From NCBI GenBank assembly GCA_049840735.1, contig JASGJN010000013.1:672001-736000 (forward strand): a DNA stretch of 64,000 bases. The letters run 5' to 3'. The notes under the pieces were generated by a model. The model saw only the letters and a program-made list of their open reading frames with translations. It was not told where the DNA came from and did no database searches. This DNA is from Anaeromyxobacter sp. Its GTDB lineage: Bacteria > Myxococcota > Myxococcia > Myxococcales > Anaeromyxobacteraceae. Made by a program: the position numbers and the translations under genes. Positions within the stretch are counted from its first letter, which is position 1. The number at the start of each line of letters is the position of its first letter. Positions 57,201 to 64,000 of this stretch are shown here, one piece after another.

Positions 57201-57251
57201 ATGAACATCCGCAGCATGGTGCGCACCGATGCGACGGTTTTCGGAGGGGAA

Positions 57252-60200
57252 ATGACAGGCTCGCTCTCGACAGGCACGAAGCGCAGCGCGCGAGCGTCAT
57301 CAGCAGTTGCCCGAGCCCTGGTCCTATGCCTTGCATTTTCCGCCAGCGACGCTGACGCCGTACAGCCTGCCGTCACCGTCTACAGCGGAAATGGCTGCGT
57401 ATCGGGCGACGGCACATCCGTCTGCTGCGAGGCGCAGGGCTTCACCTGCGAGGGCATTCCTCTGGGAGACGTCGGCTGCCGTGCCAACGGCCCCGGCTGC
57501 GGCTACGTCCGTCAGTGTGATTTCGGCGTCGTCAATTCCTCCGCCTGCACCCCTGGTCCTCAGGTTTGCGCTCCCCCAAAAGACAATGACAACGTCGACG
57601 CGACGCTCGGGATGGGGTGTGCATCTCCAGCTTTCCCGTTCGCCGGGCAGCGCGATCCGCACGCGGGCGTCTGCGGTCGAGCCCGATTCAACGAGTTGGG
57701 CGCCGACCCCATCCTCGTCTCCGGCCGCGCGGCCGCCACCGCTCCGTTCACGGACCTCTCCGTGGACAGGGTGTCGAAGCTGTCGCTCACCCGGGCGTAC
57801 AACAGCGCCGATCGCGATCTGGCCCAGATGGGAGCGGGCGGCTCCTTTGGAAACGCTTGGCACCACGACTGGGAGGCCACCCTCTCCTGCGTGAACGGCA
57901 TCTGCACGGTGGCGCGGGGTACGCTCGGCTACCTTCGATTCCGCCAGTCGAGCACCGCGCTGTCGCTGGACGGCTCAGAGACCCTCGCCATCTACACCGG
58001 CTACTCTTCCGCTGAGCGCGTCGCTCATCACGACGTATTGGTGAGGCACGCGTCAGGGGATTGGGACCTCCACAGCCCGGACGGCCGCACCTTTACGTTC
58101 CGGTCCACCTGCACGACCTGCGATTCGTCCAGCTCTCAGTTCTGCCAGCCAGCAGAGACGGGCGGCGTCGCACGACTCGTCAAGGTCACCAACCCCGCCG
58201 GCGACGTCATCACCGTCAGCTACTGGCCCGAGCAGCGGGTGCCGCTGGCCCTGGCGGACGACCTGGGACACGCGCTGAAGCTGACGTCCCCGACGGCCTG
58301 CGGCTCGTATGCCACCGAACTTCGGTACGACGACGTGCTCGTCGCGACCTACTCGAACGCGGGCAATCAGCTCACGAAGGTCAGTGATGCCGATGGTCGA
58401 GTGATGCGCTCGTACGCCTATGTGAACGCGGGGGCGTACTGGCCCCGGATTCAGGGCGTCATGAACGAGAGCGGCGCCTTGATTGCCGAGTTCTCCTACG
58501 ACGAGAACGCGCAGGCGGTCGGCCTTGTAGATGACCAGACCACGCTGGATGCACGTTATAGCTCTGGGTGCGTTGCTCAAGGCGGGAACGCCGTCAACCC
58601 AAACTGGATGAAATGCAGCGCCTCCGTCACGGCCACCGAGACGTTCAGGGGCCCCGCCGGAGATGAAGAGGCCACCTCGTCACGCTCAGTGAATGCCGTC
58701 GTCTGGTTTCATTCCTCCCAGCTCGCACCTTTTGGGATTGAGCGCGAAGGCGCGACCTATGCGCCGGTGACAGTTGAGAGTTGGCTACCCAACGGCGATC
58801 CGATGGTCTCCTACCATGAGAGCTACCAACGTGACGGGCGGTCATATGGCACGTACACGTACAATGGGGTCGATGCTCTTGGCCGGACAACGCATCTGGC
58901 CGAGTTCAGTGGGGTGGCACCAACTTTCGACGAACACGGAGGTGTTCCAAGATATCCGGGGATCCCCATTCTGCTCGGGCAGGACTCCTACGAGGAGTGG
59001 CGCGCCTACGGCCTGAGCCGGACCGTCGCTCAAGGCGTGACAGTTCCGCTGGACACCGTGACCCGCATCTGGCGCCTGAGCACGCTGATGCCAGGGGAGT
59101 ACACCGAGGAGCGCTTCGACTACGACCAGACAGGCAAGGCGGCGGATCCGATCGGATACGTTTGCGCGCCCGACCAGTTGCCCGCCGGAAGTGTGCTTTG
59201 CCGTACGGTCAGCAGTGGATATGTCACCACCCAGGGCGGCGTCACGCTGCGCCGCTACGGCACCTTCTACTCATACGATTCGCGTGGGCGGCTCACCCGC
59301 ACCGTCGGCCCCTTTGATATCGACTCGCCCTATGGAGCTGATGACGCTCCCGTTGAGGAGAGGTTCTACTGGTCCGAAGGGGACACAGCGGCGCGCCAGG
59401 GCCGCCTGGCCGAGATCCGCCGATACGCCAACCCAGCTTCCCCGCCCCTCGCGACGCGATACGATTACGATCTCTTTGGGCCCTCGGAGATCACCGCCCC
59501 TAACGGCACCAAGGCAACGATCGCGCGAGATGGCCGCGGGCGCCCCACGTTCATCACCTACGCTGATGCCGCCGGCACAGCGAGAGCCCGCACCGAAACC
59601 CGCTACTACGACGGGATGCTGCCACGCCTGATCATCCTTCCCGACGGTTCCGCACAACGCTTCGGCTACGACGAGCGCGGGCGCGAAGCCTCCGTGGAGT
59701 ACCTGTCTGGCGATCCGGAAGCGTCGGGCGGGACGGTCACCACCGGCTGGAGTCAGTGGTCCGTGTACGACGGCGCAGGGAACGTCATTCACTCCGAAAT
59801 GCGCAACGCCAGCGGGCAGGTCACCTGGCAGCAGGACCGGGCCTACGACGCCCACCACCACGCGATTTGGGAGTCAAACCCCAGCGCTCCGGAGTTGGTG
59901 CGGACCTGGACCTTCACGCGGTCCGGATTCCTCACCGGAACCGTGGATGAGGAAGGTCGCGCGGTTTCCTTCGAGCCGGACGGCTTGTTACGGGTCGCGG
60001 CCGTGACCCAGAGCGGGCTGGACGGCAAGGGAGCGCCTGTAACCACCCAGGTCGCAGGATATGAGCGCGTCCTGCACCAGGATCAGATTGGAAGGGTCAC
60101 CGACGGTGCCGGGCACTCGACGACCTACCAGTACGACGACTTCGGGCGGACGGAATCCGTCACCTCCCAGACCTCCGGAACCGTGCGGTACGAGTACGAC

Positions 60201-62130
60201 GCACGCGGGAATGTCGTCGGCCGCAGCAACGGCAGCACGACCTGGGTCCTCTTGTACGACGGGCTGGACCGGCTGACTTCGCTGCAAGTGGCCCGGGATG
60301 GCGACGCAACGACGATTCACTACCAATACGGCTATGATCGCGCGCCGTTCCAGGGCAGGCTGACTTCCGTTTCCGAACCAGACAGGACCACCTACCTGCA
60401 GTACGACTGGGCAGGGCGCGTCGCGTCGGAAGTGCGGTACGAGGCAGTAGCTCCAGTCCCTTTCACCACCCAGTACGACTACGATCTCGCGGGACGCCTT
60501 CGGCTCCTCTCCTACCCAAGCGGCCTCTCGATTCAGTACGACCGTGATCCGGCGTCTGGATACGTGACCGCAGTAAAGGACGCGCGCTCTGGAGCGTCCC
60601 TCGCTTACGGGATCATGCACTATCCGGGCGGCCCCTTGGCGCAGCTCACGTTTGCAAGCGGCCTCACGTTGGTGAATCAGCTGAACCTTAGGTACGAGTT
60701 CCTTTCGGTCAAGAGTGGCCCTCTCTCCCTGACGCTCGCCCCCACTCCCGCCGGGGACGTCGGCCAGGTCACGGAGCGGCTGGCGCTTCCCTCCTGTGAG
60801 CAGCGCTTCGTTCGCGGGTTTGGCTACGACTATCGCGAGCGACTGACCTCGTGGCAGGACCTCGTGGACGGAACGGCCGGCACCTGTCCCCGGACGACCG
60901 GCGGCGCGTCTTCCGCCGGATACGCTTACGTCGCGAATACCGATCGTGTCGCGAGCGGGGTGGCGGAGGACGGCGACGCGCTCAGCTTTGACTATGATGC
61001 CGATGGCAATGTTTCCGGGATCTCCCAACAGGATCCCGGCGGCTCGAATCACTGGGGTGTGCCTCATCCACGACCCCATGGGCCGCCTTGCCACGGTGGG
61101 GTTCGGGAGGACCGTATCCACTCCTGGAGAGGAAGGCTGCCGAAGCGAGGCGGACGTGACTGCCGCTCTCGGTCGATTCCAATACGACTCCAGCAATCGC
61201 AGAGTGGCGCGGCAAAAGGACAACGCCTGGACCTACTTCGTCTTCGACTCTGCGGGGCATCCGCTGAGCGAGTTCGCGCGCACCAGCGATGAGACGAGAC
61301 CCTGGGTGAAGCTCCGAGACTATATCTGGCTCGATTACCAGCCACTGGCTCAGATAGAGTACGCACAGACCGGCACCGGTCCCGAGTACACCTACTTCAC
61401 TCACGTCGATCACCTGGGAACGCCGCGGGCGCTCACAGCAGACGACGGAACTGTCGTCTGGGCGACTCGTCAGCGGCCAAGCGGAGAGTTGGTGGAAGCG
61501 ATACTCCCGGACGCGCGCTCCGGCCAGCCGGTCGTGACGAACCTGCGGCTTCCCGGCCAGTACGACGAGCGGCTGCTCGGGAGCGTGGGGCTCCAGGGGC
61601 CGTACTACAACTGGAACAGGTGGTATCTGCCGGGGCTGGGGAGGTATCTCGAGCCGGACCCCATCGCGCTGGGGGGTGGGTTCAATGGGGAGTTCGGGGT
61701 GGACTGGTACGGGTACGCGAACCAGAACCCCATGCGCTACACCGACCCATGGGGATTAGACACCTATGTCTGCACCGCGCCGCTCCATGCTTTCGGTGGC
61801 ACAGGGAAAAGGTCCGGCCCCGACGCGTGGGGAAATCCGTTCTATCACAAATACCTGTGCATAAACAAGACAAAGTGCGGCGGGCAGGACCGGAGCGGCA
61901 ATAGCAAATGGTATGAAGTAGGCAGCCCCGGCAAGAAGAGCCAGGACAGCTTCAACAAGGATACCTGCGAGAAGGTGGCGCCAGACAATCAATGCTTGGA
62001 GCTTTGTATCGCAAGAGAAATCGATAACCCTAAGCGGCCCTGGTACAGCGTCGGCCCTTTTGGGGAGGACTGTCAGGAGTGGGCGGACGAGAAGCTCGAC
62101 ATGTGCCGGGCCGAGTGCAAGGGCAAGTAA
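57252..62130 (+). CDS. RHS/YD repeat polymorphic toxin with putative Sec signal peptide (apparent frameshift near 61047; alternative start 57201)
   Basis: DUF6531-like ADPI...LTRAYNS...FG..W, many YD..GR repeats, core DHLGTPR, PGQY.D, YN..R.Y.P..GRY..PDPI, Y.Y...NP....DPWGL. Confidence 0.9.
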
Positions 62131-62131
62131 C

Positions 62132-62689
62132 ATGACCGTGCGAACGCAAGTCGTTGTGGGGCTCTGGTACGCCCTGGCTGTCGTGCTGCTCGGCTGCCTT
62201 GTGGGGGGGTGGGCAAGCGGAGAGATTCGGGGTTGGCTTGCTTTTGGATTCCTGGTTTCGGCTCTGCCATGCAATGCAGCCATCGTCGTGGCGGCGGCGG
62301 GAAGCCGCGAGTGGCTGAATAGAGCTAGGCAGGTGTGGCTGTTCCTAGCGGTTGTGGAGTTGGTGTTGTTCGCGATTGCCTTTGACCCTTCTCACCCGGA
62401 TGCGCTGCGAGACCTAGACATAGTCCTGAAGTTCACGCTGGGTCCCCTAGCGTTTCCGGCCAGTATCCTCGCCCCGCTCGTGCTTGCAGGCGCGGGCGCA
62501 CTTGCGTCCATGTTGGCAGGGGCGGTTGGAGTTCGTGCACCCAGTGGGACGACCGAGTTCTACCTTGCACTTGTGGGAACCTGGGCTGCTTTCGTGGCGA
62601 TGGGGGCATTGCAGTGGTACGTCGTGCTCCCGGCCTGGCTTCGTAGGCGCGACCGACGCAGATTCGAGGCGAGCACCCGCATGTCATGA
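62132..62689 (+). CDS. Multi-TM membrane protein, candidate immunity protein
   Basis: Starts 1 nt after the toxin stop; about 5 hydrophobic segments; shares the lower GC of the toxin tip. Confidence 0.6.
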   Translation: MTVRTQVVVGLWYALAVVLLGCLVGGWASGEIRGWLAFGFLVSALPCNAAIVVAAAGSREWLNRARQVWLFLAVVELVLFAIAFDPSHPDALRDLDIVLKFTLGPLAFPASILAPLVLAGAGALASMLAGAVGVRAPSGTTEFYLALVGTWAAFVAMGALQWYVVLPAWLRRRDRRRFEASTRMS

Positions 62690-62918
62690 GTCGCGTTCAG
62701 CGCAGGGCGCCTCTCCCCGCCCTGGTCCTGCTGGCCTGCATCTCCCCCGCCGCCCACGGGCCCGAACACCACCATCACCGGGACCGTGGTCGAGCGGGTC
62801 GATGGGGCGCCGTACTCGTTCCTCCGTTCCTCCGGCTGGAGACGGAGAACGGGATGACGTAGGTCGCCGTGCCAAGGGTCGAGGTGCCGAAGCAGTCGAA
62901 GGTCACCGTGAAGAGTAA
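62686..62918 (+). pseudogene. Degraded remnant of a secreted OB-fold-like protein
   Basis: Fragments TITGTVVERVDGAPYSFL and RLETENGMT*VAVP in shifting frames; in-frame TAG and a CGTTCCTC duplication. Confidence 0.4.
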
Positions 62919-63927
62919 GCGCCCGGTGAACCGCACCTGTCGGTATTGCCGCTCACGCAGGATGACGGCGTAGCGCCCGATCTCGCGCAGGCTGCTTGAG
63001 GGAGAGTGGCGCGTCGCGGCGGCGATGGTCATCGCGCAGCCCGGAAACTGGCGGTCACGATGGGTGATGGTATCGACGGCGCCGAGGAGGGGGCACCGGC
63101 GCGTCATCGGCCCCGGAAACGGGTGGCGGGGAACGTGTGTCAGCACGCCCCCCGCCGTGCCCCGGGCCTGTGTCAGCAGGCGACCGGAGCGACATTCGAT
63201 TCGTACAGGTAGCGCTCGACGTCAAGCTCTGGACCGCCCGGCCGCCGACGGTAGATGCGGTGCGACCAGGGAGGTGCCCGGTTTGTGCCGCCCCGAGTCG
63301 CCCCGCTGGCGGCGCCCTGGGCCTGCACGGCCACGGGCTGCGCGAGCGGCATCAGTGGGGCCCGGCCGAGGTCGGCGGGGGCCCCGCGCTCGTCGGGATC
63401 CTGCTCCGGCGGTACCTGTGCCGATGGCCTGCGGCGTGGTCATCGTGGTGGGGCCCCGCGGCCTCGTCCGTCGCCGGCCTTACTCGGCAGGTGCGATCGC
63501 GCTGGCGCTCGCGCTGGCACGGCGTGGCCGGCCTCGCGCCGGCCGAGGTCCGTCGGCGGGTGAGCCCGCTGCGGGTCGTCGGACCGACCGCGGTCGCGGG
63601 CTGGGCGAGCCTGCGCCCGGTGGTGCCGCGCGATCCGCGCGAGGCGGCTGTTCCCGGCCGTGCGCGCGCTGCCGCCGGAGGCGACGCTCCGCCAGGTCGC
63701 GGCCCGCGCGGCGACGACGCTCGCGGCCTTCGCTCCGAGCTCGGGCGGGCTCGCCGTCGAGTCGGCCGCGTTCATCGGGGCGAGCATGTAGCCCGAGGTC
63801 CATCGGAGCGGCGGCACGACCGGAGGCGATCCCACCATCGAGGATCCTCTCGCGTCGCCCCGGCCGCCGGGCACTGCTCGTCGTTCGCCCCTCGCCACTC
63901 CCGGCGAGGCGATCACGAGGAGCAGAA

Positions 63928-64000
63928 ATGGACGAGTCCACCTCGGCGGCGCCGCCGCCGATCCCCAAGACCTCCCCGCTCGCGCCGAAGGATCACGGCG
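63928..64000 (+). CDS. Start of unknown gene running off the window
   Basis: GAGGAG SD, ATG, open to the window end (MDESTSAAPPPIPK...). Confidence 0.4.
   Translation, partial: MDESTSAAPPPIPKTSPLAPKDHG

Larger units (their letters stand above)
52203..57204 (+). pseudogene. Large surface lipoprotein with IPT/TIG and repeated beta-sandwich domains, interrupted by IS (1098 aa when reconstituted)
   Basis: GGAGG + TTG 52203, lipobox LSLGC, F.P..G..G..VT..G..F IPT motifs, GRYTF.G.AG repeats; removing the IS and one TSD restores the frame (VRSW-QLPAL). Confidence 0.8.

Noticed and set aside
62950..63920. Several short ORFs on both strands
   Set aside because: No recognisable motifs or convincing starts; a coding frame cannot be chosen

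Overview
Very GC-rich bacterial DNA whose gene content and order suggest Myxococcota (Anaeromyxobacter-like; this is an inference). Left to right: (1) B3/B4-domain protein, DUF1704 metallopeptidase, ppk2, SulP and a VIT-like protein. (2) A non-flagellar, myxobacterial-type T3SS-like locus split in two: needle-like, rod-like, sctJ ... sctQ, fliO-like, sctRSTUV. A complete T6SS spike cassette (vgrG, membrane protein, DUF2169-pentapeptide, pentapeptide, DUF3540, DUF4150/PAAR-like) sits between the halves. Each half is preceded by a sigma54 promoter module with identical geometry. (3) Housekeeping block: HU/IHF, YihY, Rne/Rng, radical SAM, acyP, ligA, pilin, rho, rpmE. (4) An NtrC-type regulator and a sigma54-driven gspC-N type II secretion operon. 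(5) A lower-GC island directly after gspN: an IPT/TIG repeat lipoprotein interrupted by an ISAs1-family element with an 11-bp target duplication, a signal-peptide-bearing RHS toxin with a putative permuted papain-like tip, and a membrane immunity candidate. All nine frameshifts found in otherwise intact genes can be repaired at or next to a GATC, which suggests methylation-linked sequencing errors rather than pseudogenes. No rRNA, tRNA or CRISPR array was recognised. All family calls come from motif recognition by eye; no database search was run.
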